From Prolixibacteraceae bacterium (GTDB lineage: Bacteria; Bacteroidota; Bacteroidia; Bacteroidales; Prolixibacteraceae), in the NCBI GenBank assembly GCA_041821245.1, contig JBGUEP010000001.1, positions 78,854 through 142,853 on the forward strand: a DNA stretch of 64,000 nucleotides, given 5' to 3'. Below are positions 46,517-55,829 of the stretch, piece after piece (within the stretch, counting starts at the first letter, position 1; every line of letters begins with the position of its first letter). A program made the position numbers and the translations under genes. The notes beneath the pieces were generated by a model that ran no database searches, was not told the DNA's origin, and saw nothing but the letters and a program-made list of their open reading frames with translations.

Positions 46517-48532
46517 ATGGAAAAACATATTGTTGAAATATTAAATTTGTTGGCCATCTTGTCTTTGGCAATTTTCCCATTTTTGAAGGCACGAAAATTA
46601 GCTTTTACGGCACTTGTTTCAATTATCGTTCAAGTTCTTTTATCGTTCGTTCTGGTTTATCAGGTTTTTACCAATGGAAGCGTCGAATACAGCTATAGCG
46701 GGTCGTTAATCACAGGAAGTATTTCGGTGAAAATTGATTATTTGTCGGCATGGTTCATTCTGGTTATCGTGTTTACCTATTTCACAGGTGCCTGGTATGG
46801 AATACACTACATGAAAAAATACCGTGAACAAACAAGCAACCTAATTTTACATGCCATTGCTTACATATTCGTTTTTATAGGCTTGATTGATATTTGCATT
46901 GTGCAAAACAGCATTGTGTTTCTGGTTGTTTGGGAAATTATGGCTTTTAGTTCATTTATCGTGATCGTTTTTGAACACTATAACAAAGAAACCTTAAAGG
47001 CGGGATTAAATTTTTTGATTCAGTCGCACATCTCCATTCTGTTTTTAACCATCGCATTTATTTGGGCCAAAGTAAAAACAGGTTCTTTTGATTTTTCAGC
47101 CATTTCGGTTTATACCGCACTTCATCCACGCATGGGTTTAGGTTTGTTCGCCTTGTTTTTTATCGGATTTGCAATAAAAGCAGGATTCGTACCTTTTCAT
47201 ACCTGGCTACCCCATGCACACCCTGTTGCTCCTGCCCATATTTCAGGTGTAATGTCGGGAGTGATTATTAAAATCGGAATTTTTGGAATTTTACGAATGC
47301 TCACAATAATCAACGCCAATTATACCATCATTGGAGTTTGCATCCTGATCATTTCAATAGTTACTGGTTTATACGGGGTAATGATGGCCATTGTGCAAAA
47401 TAACCTGAAACGTTTGCTAGCCTATAGTAGTATCGAAAACATTGGGATTATTGGTTTGGGAATTGGGTTGGGTTGTCTCGGAAAAGCATCGAATCATCAA
47501 TGGCTGGTGATTGCCGGATTTGGAGGGGCATTGCTGCACACACTCAACCATTCACTTTTTAAATCGTTACTTTTTTATATTGCCGGAAATGTTTATCAGG
47601 CTACCCACACCTTGAATATTGATTCGTTGGGCGGGTTGCTGAAGAAAATACCACGCACTGCATACCTGTTTCTTATCGGATCGTTGGCTATTTGCGGCTT
47701 TCCGCCTTTCAATGGATTTGTGTCGGAGTTCTATATTTACAATGGATTTTTCAAAGGCCTTCAATCGAACCAGTCGATGTTTAACCTTGCCATGCTTTTT
47801 TCCATTTTTGCCTTGGTGCTTATTGGTGGATTGGCATTAATCACCTTTACCAAAGCTTTTGGTATTGTTTTTTTAGGCAAAAGCCGCGAACCTTTGCATG
47901 TTGATGAAACATTCGATAATCAGGCTGTGGTTTTCCCATTCTATCTCATTGCCTTGGCCATGTTGCTTGTGGGTTTATTTCCGATTCTGTTTTCGTCATC
48001 GCTATTAAAAACAAGTTCTCTTTTTTTCAATACAAGTGATTCATATTCTTTTGTATATCTTGACAAAATGGTAGGTGATATTTCTTCGATTGGATTTTAT
48101 TCAATCGGTTTTATATTGCTGGCGGCTACTTTTTTCGTTTTACGAAAGATGATCACCAGCAAACGACCTTCGCAAACTTATGAAACCTGGGGTTGTGGTT
48201 ATGTTGCCCCAATCCAAAAGGCACAATATTCAGGGAGATCATACACTCGAACTTATAGCCGTCTGTTTGCTCCTATAGTATATGAAGGGAAAGATTTTAA
48301 ACGAATTAAAAAGACAAGTCTTTATCCGAATCATCGTAAATTCTCGACTTACTACGCCGACTTTTGGGAACAATACCTTGTACTTCCGCCTACACGATGG
48401 GTCTCTTTTATTTTGGATAAGTTTCAATTTATTCAAAATGGAAATGTTCAGTCGTATGTGATTTATGGTTTAGCTTTTATTCTTGTGATTGTGATCGTTT
48501 CGATGTTAAGTTCAATTAATCTGGGAGTTTAA
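46517..48532 (+). CDS. Complex-I NuoL / hydrogenase-4 HyfB-like antiporter-type membrane subunit (copy 1)
   Basis: ORF 46463..48532. Start placed at ATG 46517 (MEKHIVEILNLLAIL...) by alignment with the start of paralogue copy 2. WLPHAHPVAPAHISGVMSGVIIKIGIFGILR matches the NuoL/ND5 consensus region ([31 protein letters not shown]). Confidence 0.8.
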   Translation: MEKHIVEILNLLAILSLAIFPFLKARKLAFTALVSIIVQVLLSFVLVYQVFTNGSVEYSYSGSLITGSISVKIDYLSAWFILVIVFTYFTGAWYGIHYMKKYREQTSNLILHAIAYIFVFIGLIDICIVQNSIVFLVVWEIMAFSSFIVIVFEHYNKETLKAGLNFLIQSHISILFLTIAFIWAKVKTGSFDFSAISVYTALHPRMGLGLFALFFIGFAIKAGFVPFHTWLPHAHPVAPAHISGVMSGVIIKIGIFGILRMLTIINANYTIIGVCILIISIVTGLYGVMMAIVQNNLKRLLAYSSIENIGIIGLGIGLGCLGKASNHQWLVIAGFGGALLHTLNHSLFKSLLFYIAGNVYQATHTLNIDSLGGLLKKIPRTAYLFLIGSLAICGFPPFNGFVSEFYIYNGFFKGLQSNQSMFNLAMLFSIFALVLIGGLALITFTKAFGIVFLGKSREPLHVDETFDNQAVVFPFYLIALAMLLVGLFPILFSSSLLKTSSLFFNTSDSYSFVYLDKMVGDISSIGFYSIGFILLAATFFVLRKMITSKRPSQTYETWGCGYVAPIQKAQYSGRSYTRTYSRLFAPIVYEGKDFKRIKKTSLYPNHRKFSTYYADFWEQYLVLPPTRWVSFILDKFQFIQNGNVQSYVIYGLAFILVIVIVSMLSSINLGV

Positions 48533-48535
48533 GTT

Positions 48536-50566
48536 ATGGGAAAAAACCTGATTGAAATAATTAACCTGCTCGCAATCATCACCATTGTGATTTTACCTTT
48601 TTTAAGTACAAAAAAAATGGGCATTGTCACGCTCACGGTAATTTCAGTTCAAGTTGTTTTGGCTTTTGTGGTTGCGTTTTTGGCTTTTTCAGACGGGTTT
48701 ATTTCATTCACATACAAGGGTTCGCTGGCTACCGGCGAAATTCCTATCCGCATTGACTATTTATCGGCATGGTTTATCGGTATTATCAGTTTCACTTTTT
48801 TTACCGGGGCATGGTATGGTTTTCAGTATATGAAAATGTATCGTGATCAACACTCCAATTTAGTTTTACATGCAACTGCATTTATTCTGGCATACACCGC
48901 GCTAATCGACATTTGCATCGTTCAAAATGCTATCGTCTTTTTAGTGATGTGGGAAATAATGACCATTAGTTCGTTTATAACCATCATTTTTGAACACTAT
49001 AAAAAAGAGACCTTAAAGGCTGGGATCAATTTTTTCATTCAATCGCATGTGGCCATTCTTTTTCTCACCATCGCCTTTATTTGGGTGAAAGTAAAAACCG
49101 GATCATTCGACTTTGCAGAAATATCAAAGCTCACAGCCATGCATCCTGCAATGGGAATCGGATTGTTTGTCTTTTTCTTTATTGGATTTGCCATCAAAGC
49201 CGGATTTGTTCCTTTTCATACCTGGCTCCCATTGGCCCACCCGGTAGCACCTGCCCATATCTCAGGAATCATGTCGGGCGTTATCATAAAAATTGGCATT
49301 TTTGGCATTCTGCGTATGATTGTTTTGATCAAAACCGATTACATGACCATTGGTTACTTCATTTTAATTGTTTCGGTAATTACCGGAGTGTACGGGGTTT
49401 CGCTGGCCATTATTCAACACAATCTGAAACGTTTACTAGCCTACCACAGCATCGAAAATATAGGGATCATTGGCATTGGCATTGGTCTGGGATGTCTGGG
49501 CATTGGGATGGAAAATCAGTTATTGCTTATGGCTGGATTTGGCGGGGCGCTGCTACACACCTTGAACCACTCACTTTTTAAATCGCTGTTGTTTTATAGT
49601 GCCGGAAATGTTTATCAGGCAACTCACACCTTAAATATTGAATCGTTGGGAGGACTAATCAAAAAGATTCCACAATCGACCTATCTGTTTTTGATTGGAG
49701 CTTTGGCCATTTGTGGTTTGCCTCCTTTTAATGGTTTTGTTTCCGAATTTCTGATTTACAATGGCTTGTTCAAAGGATTGTTGTCGAATCATTTTATGTT
49801 TATACTGGTGATGCTTTTTTCCATTTTAGCCATGGTTTTAATCGGAGGCCTTGCCCTTATTTGTTTTACCAAGGCTTTTGGAATAGTGTTTTTAGGCAAA
49901 GCCCGAAAAGAATTGCCATCGGATAAAATCATTGAAAAACCCTTACAAGTTGGCTCCTTATACTTAATTGCTTATGCGATAACCGTGATTGGGGTATTGC
50001 CGATTTTATTCACTTCGCCCCTAAGTAAAGCAGCACATCTTTTTCAAAAAAATCCAGACCTGTTTCTTGCTGATGGTCTCACCCAAAACCTAACTATTTT
50101 GACTCTTATCGGTTTGTATTCTTTGGGCTTTGTGGCACTTACAGTACTGGCTTTGTATATCCGACGATTGATTATAAAACGCCGATCGGTTTTAACTGAC
50201 GCTACCTGGGGTTGTGCCTATGTGGGTGATGGAAAAAATATGCAGTACACCGCTTCATCTTTCATCCGTACTTTCAGGAAACTGGCTGAGCCGCTGTTTT
50301 TAATTAAAAAAACAAAAACAGTGGCAACCGGCCTTTACCCAACAACCATAAAACAAAGCACACACCCCTACGACAGATTGGAGTCGGCTTTGATTGACAA
50401 ACCAATTTATTTTTTCAGAAAGGTGTTGAACCGCTTTGTTTTTTTGCAGAATGGTAACATTCAAGCCTACATTCTTTACGGATTTATTTTTATTTCAACG
50501 GCCATAATTTTGCCAATACTAATTTCTAAGTTCATGGTATTTATTCACTTCTTAAATCAATTGTAA
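48536..50566 (+). CDS. Complex-I NuoL / HyfB-like antiporter-type membrane subunit (copy 2, tandem paralogue)
   Basis: Roughly 70 percent identical to copy 1 along its full length (e.g. YLSAWFIGIISFTFFTGAWYGFQYMKMYRDQHSNLVLHA vs YLSAWFILVIVFTYFTGAWYGIHYMKKYREQTSNLILHA). Starts 3 bp after copy 1 ends. Confidence 0.8.
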   Translation: MGKNLIEIINLLAIITIVILPFLSTKKMGIVTLTVISVQVVLAFVVAFLAFSDGFISFTYKGSLATGEIPIRIDYLSAWFIGIISFTFFTGAWYGFQYMKMYRDQHSNLVLHATAFILAYTALIDICIVQNAIVFLVMWEIMTISSFITIIFEHYKKETLKAGINFFIQSHVAILFLTIAFIWVKVKTGSFDFAEISKLTAMHPAMGIGLFVFFFIGFAIKAGFVPFHTWLPLAHPVAPAHISGIMSGVIIKIGIFGILRMIVLIKTDYMTIGYFILIVSVITGVYGVSLAIIQHNLKRLLAYHSIENIGIIGIGIGLGCLGIGMENQLLLMAGFGGALLHTLNHSLFKSLLFYSAGNVYQATHTLNIESLGGLIKKIPQSTYLFLIGALAICGLPPFNGFVSEFLIYNGLFKGLLSNHFMFILVMLFSILAMVLIGGLALICFTKAFGIVFLGKARKELPSDKIIEKPLQVGSLYLIAYAITVIGVLPILFTSPLSKAAHLFQKNPDLFLADGLTQNLTILTLIGLYSLGFVALTVLALYIRRLIIKRRSVLTDATWGCAYVGDGKNMQYTASSFIRTFRKLAEPLFLIKKTKTVATGLYPTTIKQSTHPYDRLESALIDKPIYFFRKVLNRFVFLQNGNIQAYILYGFIFISTAIILPILISKFMVFIHFLNQL

Positions 50567-50567
50567 T

Positions 50568-51473
50568 ATGCTTAGCTTTTTACTCATCATATTGTCGAGC
50601 TTTGTTTTTATGGGCATTGTTGTTCGCACCAAAAGCTTGTCATCGGGACGAAAAGGACCAGGTATATTTCAACCTATGAAAGATATTTTCAGACTTTGGA
50701 AAAAAGGATCGGTAATCAGCACCACAACAAGCCTGATCTTTCAAATTGCCCCAACCATTTATTTTGCTTCTATTGTAATGGCCATTTTAATGATCCCTCA
50801 TGGAAAATTACCGGGAATTATTTCATTCGACGGCGATTTTGTAATGTTTGCCTATGTACTTGCCATTGGGAAATTTATGATGATTGTTTCGGCACTCGAT
50901 ACGGGAAGCAGCTTTGAAGGGATGGGAGCGAGCCGCGAGGCACTTTTCTCCATGTTGGTTGAACCTGCGTTTTTTATCATCATGGGATCGTTTGCGCTTT
51001 TCACCGGCCATACTTCATTTTACGAGATATTCAGTACGCTCAATTACGGACCTTACATTTCGTACCTGATTGGCGGCCTGGCCACTTTTGTGATCATACT
51101 AATTGCCATGGTCGAAAATAGCCGAATGCCCGTTGACGATCCGAAGACCCACCTGGAGCTTACCATGGTTCACGAAGTAATGATTTTGGACAATAGCGGT
51201 TTCGATTTGGGTTTGATCATGTATGCCACTCCCCTAAAATTTGCCATGTATGGCGCACTGATCTCAAACTTTTTTATTGGCGAAATCCCAATTCTGATAT
51301 CGATTCCAATGTTTTTCGGGATTCAATTTGTAATTGCTGTTTTCGTTGGCTTACTTGAATCGTTTATGGCACGGTTCAGGATGAACCACAACCCTCAGTT
51401 TATATTTATTCTAACTTCGGTATCGCTGCTTATCTTTTTCGGAGTGTTACTGGTATTGGGTAAATTCATTTAA
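50568..51473 (+). CDS. NuoH / HycD / HyfC-like membrane subunit
   Basis: IVVRTKSLSSGRKGPGIFQPMKDIFRLWKKGSV matches the NuoH N-terminal ERK...R.GPN..G..G.LQP.AD..K consensus. Eight predicted TM helices. Confidence 0.8.
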   Translation: MLSFLLIILSSFVFMGIVVRTKSLSSGRKGPGIFQPMKDIFRLWKKGSVISTTTSLIFQIAPTIYFASIVMAILMIPHGKLPGIISFDGDFVMFAYVLAIGKFMMIVSALDTGSSFEGMGASREALFSMLVEPAFFIIMGSFALFTGHTSFYEIFSTLNYGPYISYLIGGLATFVIILIAMVENSRMPVDDPKTHLELTMVHEVMILDNSGFDLGLIMYATPLKFAMYGALISNFFIGEIPILISIPMFFGIQFVIAVFVGLLESFMARFRMNHNPQFIFILTSVSLLIFFGVLLVLGKFI

Positions 51474-51484
51474 ATTATACGACT

Positions 51485-52114
51485 ATGACTGATATCTTGC
51501 TGATAACATTTACCATAACGCTACTCTTTATGAGTATTGCCAACCGGATTTATACCTACCTGAATATTCTGATTTTTCAGGGGATAATCCTTTTTGGCGC
51601 CACCTATCTTTCATTGACCGAAATTAACACGGCCAATCTGATATTCATCATGATTGAAACCATTGTGGTAAAAGCCATTGCTGTGCCCATGTTTATGAAA
51701 TACATCATTAAACGAAATAAAATCACCAGAGAAACAGAACCCTTTCTGCCCAACTTCATTTCGTTGATTATTGTAACCGCGATCATCATCATTACAATTA
51801 TTTTATCAAGTGCTGTTAGCGATGTAAATCTCGATAAGACTTATTTTGTTGTCGCTTTATCGAACCTTTTTACGGGTTTGTATTTAATTGTTTCACGTAA
51901 AAAAATCATTGTCCATGTTATCGGATATCTGGTTATTGAAAATGGAGTTTTTGTATTGGCACTTGCCGTTGGTAACGAAATGCCGATGCTGGTAAACATG
52001 GGAATTATGCTCGATATTTTTGCCAGTGTGTTAATTCTTGGGATCTTCTTCAATAAAATTGGCGATTATTTGAATAACCCTGATGTAACTCTTCTAAGCA
52101 ATCTAAAAGATTAA
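51485..52114 (+). CDS. HyfE-like (NuoK-related) small membrane subunit
   Basis: 209 aa, all hydrophobic helices. The C-terminal GYLVIENGVFVLALAVGNEMPMLVNMGIMLDIFASVLILGIF resembles the NuoK/HyfE conserved E-N-G region. Confidence 0.5.
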   Translation: MTDILLITFTITLLFMSIANRIYTYLNILIFQGIILFGATYLSLTEINTANLIFIMIETIVVKAIAVPMFMKYIIKRNKITRETEPFLPNFISLIIVTAIIIITIILSSAVSDVNLDKTYFVVALSNLFTGLYLIVSRKKIIVHVIGYLVIENGVFVLALAVGNEMPMLVNMGIMLDIFASVLILGIFFNKIGDYLNNPDVTLLSNLKD

Positions 52115-52118
52115 TAAT

Positions 52119-53543
52119 ATGATTGGTATTTTTTTAATAGGAACAATTGTCATTTCGGCCTGGCTGTTTTTTAACAAAAACAGAATTGTCAACTACTCTT
52201 TACTTGTGGGCTATACGATTCTACTTTGGGCATTGGGATTTTACGAGTACAATCATATTAACCTCATCGAACTTAGATTCTTTAAACCTGATGCTTTAGG
52301 AATTTTACTTCTTTTTGCCATGTGTATTGTTAGCATTCCCGCCTTTTACCATGGTTACAGGTATATTGTTACGCACGATGAAACGCCTCACACCCGAGGA
52401 TTGTTCTTTGCCGCGATGGTATTGTTGATGTCGGCCTGCAGTATGGCATACCTGTCAAACCACATTGCAGTTACCTGGATTTTTGTTGAAATTACAACAC
52501 TTAGTGCATCGGCACTAATCTACCATCACCGCAACATTAGGGCACTCGAAGGAGTTTGGAAATATGTTTTTATTTGTGCGCTCAGTATCACTTTTATCTA
52601 CATTGGCATTCTGTTTTTGAGTTTATCGATGAAACAAGCGGGTATCGAAGGCATGTCGTTCGATTCAATTCTTCAAAATGTGGAAAAGCTTGATTTGTTT
52701 TGGTTGAAACTCGCCTTCCTTTTCATTTTCACCGGATTTACAGCAAAAATTGGTTTGGTACCCATGTATACTGCGGGTGTCGATGCCAAGGATAAAGCCC
52801 CGGCTCCGGCAGGTGCATTGCTCTCAAGTGTTTTAATGAACATGGGATTTGTGGGTATTTACAGGGTGTATGCAATTCTTACCCACACTGAGTTACAACA
52901 TTGGGCATCAGTTATTATGATTATATCTGGCCTGTTATCAGTATTCGTAGCAACGGTTTACATGACCCATATCAAAAACATCAAACGCATGTTCGCCTAT
53001 TCGAGCATCGAACACATGGGATTAGTGATGTTGGGCCTAGCCGTTGGTGGAATTGGTGTTTATGCCGCCATTTTACATCTCATTCTTCATACTTTTGTAA
53101 AATCCAGTTTATTTTTTCAATACAATCAAATTTTTCTGGTTTATAAAAGCAAAAGCATCTACGATTCAGGTCATTACTTTAAATACAACAAGATTGGTGC
53201 TATTGTAATCTTGTTGGCCTTTATTTCGGCCACGGCTATGCCTCCATCAGGTTTGTTCGTCTCCGAATTTTTAATTTTTCAGGCCCTGTTCGAAGCTCAT
53301 TACATTGTTATTCTAATTGCACTTTTAATCCTATTGACCATGATTATCTGGGGATTTGGAACAAATATTTTCAAATTACTTTTTACGCCTCCATTGAAAC
53401 TAGATGAAACCACTATTCCTAAGATAAATCCTTGGAATTCGTTCTCTCAATTTGCATTGTTGGCATTGTCGGTTTATTTAGCCTATAGCCCGCCACCAGT
53501 ATTTGTGCAACTGATTCAGGATGCTGTAACCCTTGTTCAATAA
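52119..53543 (+). CDS. NuoN/NuoM / HyfF-like antiporter-type membrane subunit
   Basis: 474 aa with about 14 TM helices and a proton-pumping-subunit core (FTAKIGLVPMYTAGVDAKDKAPAPAGALLSSVLMNMGFVGIYR). Confidence 0.7.
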   Translation: MIGIFLIGTIVISAWLFFNKNRIVNYSLLVGYTILLWALGFYEYNHINLIELRFFKPDALGILLLFAMCIVSIPAFYHGYRYIVTHDETPHTRGLFFAAMVLLMSACSMAYLSNHIAVTWIFVEITTLSASALIYHHRNIRALEGVWKYVFICALSITFIYIGILFLSLSMKQAGIEGMSFDSILQNVEKLDLFWLKLAFLFIFTGFTAKIGLVPMYTAGVDAKDKAPAPAGALLSSVLMNMGFVGIYRVYAILTHTELQHWASVIMIISGLLSVFVATVYMTHIKNIKRMFAYSSIEHMGLVMLGLAVGGIGVYAAILHLILHTFVKSSLFFQYNQIFLVYKSKSIYDSGHYFKYNKIGAIVILLAFISATAMPPSGLFVSEFLIFQALFEAHYIVILIALLILLTMIIWGFGTNIFKLLFTPPLKLDETTIPKINPWNSFSQFALLALSVYLAYSPPPVFVQLIQDAVTLVQ

Positions 53544-53549
53544 AACGAT

Positions 53550-55052
53550 ATGAATACCATAAAACTACATAACAATCAGACGGTTAATTTGAAGGACATT
53601 CCCGAACTGAACTATCAAGAGTTCATGAATACGAACCTTGAATTACTGGCTAATAATCCCGAAAGGCATTGTGTTAACTATTTTGGTGTTGACGATGAAA
53701 ACTGCCTGACACTCTACTGTTGTATTGCCGACGATGCAACGCACGAAATTTATGTTTCATGTTCTGTTTTGAAAGGAAAAACTGAATACCCATCGTTTTC
53801 GGCTCAGAATCATAATTTTGAAAAGTTTGAAAGGGAAATCCACGAAAACTTTGGAATTGCATATACCGATCATCCCTGGTTAAAACCTTTCAGGTACAGC
53901 CACAATCGATTCGATTCAGGAAAAACCATTCGCAACTATCCGTTTTATGGGGTTGAAAGTGATGAATTGCATGAAGTAGGTGTTGGTCCGATTCATGCAG
54001 GGATTATCGAACCCGGGCATTTCCGTTTTATTTGTAACGGAGAACAAATCATGCACCTCGAAATTCAACTGGGCTATCAGCACCGGGGCATTGAACAACT
54101 GTTTCTGCAAAAAACAAAAATATTAGAGCGCGCTACACTTGCCGAAAATATAACAGGTGATACCACGGTTGGACATTCTACCGCGTTCGCAAATCTTTGG
54201 GAAAGCTTGAGTGATTACACAGCCGATCCTTCCTTGCAATTTTCGCGTACCCTTGCTCTCGAATTGGAACGTATTGCCATACATACCGGAGATATGGCAG
54301 GTGTATGTGCCGACATTGCTTACCAATTGGGCAACTCGGTTTATGGGCGCTTGCGAACCCCAATCGTTAACTTTTTCCAGGAATGGGGAGGCAATCGTTT
54401 GGCCAAAGGCTTAATCAGGCCCGGCAAAATAAACTACCCCTTTTCACCCGAATTAGGAAATCGGCTCATTGAAATTTTTAAAGCTTACGAGCCCGACTTT
54501 AACGAAATGACCCATAAGTTCTTTTCCCTTCCCAGCGCTTTGTCGCGTATGGAAAGGACAGGAATTGTAACTTACGACGAGGCACTTGAAATCGGTGCTG
54601 TGGGCATGGCTGCCCGTGCAAGTGGATTAAACAGAGATATTAGATCATCCCATCCGCACAATTTATACAATCAGACAATTACTCATGAACCCGAAATTAA
54701 ACATCATGGTGATGTGTATTCCAGGGTGCGGATTAGAAGGGAAGAAATTGTACAGTCTGTTTCCTATTGTAAAAAGCTGATAGAATCTATCCCTGAATTT
54801 GATTCGCCCAAAAATATTCCATTTAAACCTGGCAGTGACAAATTCACTATTGCATTGGTTGAAGGCTGGCGAGGCGAAATTTGTCATTGTGCCATTACCG
54901 ATGCTGAAGGAAAGTTGAAAATCTATAAAATTAAAGATCCATCGCATCACAATTGGATGGCTTTAGCTCAATCGGTAAGGAACAACGAAATTTCTGATTT
55001 CCCAATCTGTAACAAGAGTTTTAACCTATCATACAGTGGTCACGATTTATAA
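53550..55052 (+). CDS. NuoC-NuoD fusion / HycE-like large subunit homologue lacking all four Ni-Fe-binding cysteines
   Basis: N-terminal NuoC-like part (FEREIHENFGIAYTDHPWLKP), then the NuoD/[NiFe]-large-subunit core (GVGPIHAGIIEPGHFRF...GYQHRGIEQ). The N-terminal RxCGxCxxxH site reads ITGDTTVGHSTAF (both Cys replaced by Thr). The C-terminal DPCxxCxxH site reads DPSHHNWMA (Cys replaced by Ser and Asn). Confidence 0.8.
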   Translation: MNTIKLHNNQTVNLKDIPELNYQEFMNTNLELLANNPERHCVNYFGVDDENCLTLYCCIADDATHEIYVSCSVLKGKTEYPSFSAQNHNFEKFEREIHENFGIAYTDHPWLKPFRYSHNRFDSGKTIRNYPFYGVESDELHEVGVGPIHAGIIEPGHFRFICNGEQIMHLEIQLGYQHRGIEQLFLQKTKILERATLAENITGDTTVGHSTAFANLWESLSDYTADPSLQFSRTLALELERIAIHTGDMAGVCADIAYQLGNSVYGRLRTPIVNFFQEWGGNRLAKGLIRPGKINYPFSPELGNRLIEIFKAYEPDFNEMTHKFFSLPSALSRMERTGIVTYDEALEIGAVGMAARASGLNRDIRSSHPHNLYNQTITHEPEIKHHGDVYSRVRIRREEIVQSVSYCKKLIESIPEFDSPKNIPFKPGSDKFTIALVEGWRGEICHCAITDAEGKLKIYKIKDPSHHNWMALAQSVRNNEISDFPICNKSFNLSYSGHDL

Positions 55053-55067
55053 AAAAGGAAGATTGAA

Positions 55068-55829
55068 ATGTTAGATAATCTAAAAATATTATGGCATCAG
55101 GGGAAACAGTTTATTCCAGATGTTACCACCGCAAAAGTACCAGGCATCTTTAGAGGACGACCAATCATAACTAAAAATCAAGTGAATGAAGAGCTGCTGG
55201 TTGACTTATGTCCAACAAAAGCCATTTCAAGAAACCCATTGTGCATCGATTTGGGCAAGTGCACTTTTTGCGGCGAATGTGCGGTGCAATTTCCAGATAA
55301 GATTTCATTTACCAAGGATTATAAATTATCAACAAATATAAGGGAACGCTTAATAATTCATGAAGTTGAAGATGCGCCAATTATGGTTGATCCAACGCTT
55401 GTTCGAAAAGAAATTCATCGTTTGTTTGGACGTTCGCTTAAGTTGAGGCAGGTTTCAGCAGGTGGCGATAACAGTACTGAATGGGAATTGAACGCATCGA
55501 ATAATGTTCAGTTCGACATAAGCCGCTTTGGGATCGATTTTGTAGCCTCGCCTCGCCATGCCGATGGAGTTGTAATTACAGGCCCCATTACCTCAAACAT
55601 GGCCGAGTCCCTCGAACGATGCTACCATGCCATTCCCGAGCCTAAAATCATCATCCTTGCCGGTACTGATGCCATCAGCGGAGGTATTTTTGCCGACAGC
55701 CCGGCAATCGACCGGAGCTTTTTAACGAAATACCCAATCGACTTATATATTGCAGGTAACCCTGTTCATCCTTTAACATTTATCAATGGTGTATTAAATT
55801 TAACACGAACCAAATCTACCAGAAGATGA
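55068..55829 (+). CDS. Fusion of a ferredoxin-like (NuoI/HycF-related) domain with a NuoB / hydrogenase-small-subunit-like domain that lacks all four N2-cluster cysteines
   Basis: N-terminal DLCPTKAI...CIDLGKCTFCGECAVQFP has one possible 4Fe-4S site. The C-terminal part aligns to NuoB (SPRHADGVVITGPIT...EPKIIILAGTDAISGGIF...LYIAGNPVHP vs SPRQADLMVVAGT...EPKWVISMGACANSGG...VYIPGCPPRPE). The cluster cysteines are replaced: CC to N/S, C to T, C to N. Confidence 0.7.
   Translation: MLDNLKILWHQGKQFIPDVTTAKVPGIFRGRPIITKNQVNEELLVDLCPTKAISRNPLCIDLGKCTFCGECAVQFPDKISFTKDYKLSTNIRERLIIHEVEDAPIMVDPTLVRKEIHRLFGRSLKLRQVSAGGDNSTEWELNASNNVQFDISRFGIDFVASPRHADGVVITGPITSNMAESLERCYHAIPEPKIIILAGTDAISGGIFADSPAIDRSFLTKYPIDLYIAGNPVHPLTFINGVLNLTRTKSTRR

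Noticed and set aside
49081-49581. 166-aa His/Trp-rich plus-strand ORF in an alternative frame inside the second NuoL-like gene
   Set aside because: It lies entirely within a well-supported, highly conserved CDS on the same strand in another frame. Its odd composition reflects off-frame reading of a hydrophobic-protein gene, so it is treated as spurious.
53550-55052. Calling the large subunit a functional [NiFe] hydrogenase (HycE/HyfG)
   Set aside because: Both Cys pairs that ligate the Ni-Fe site are substituted. Hydrogenase maturation (hyp) or endopeptidase genes are also absent from the window. It is therefore called hydrogenase-related (Ehr-type), not a hydrogenase.
46463-55829. Interpreting the block as a standard respiratory complex I (nuo) operon
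   Set aside because: NuoA/J/K/E/F/G equivalents are not contiguous, and the NuoB-like domain lacks the N2 cluster cysteines that all complex I enzymes retain.
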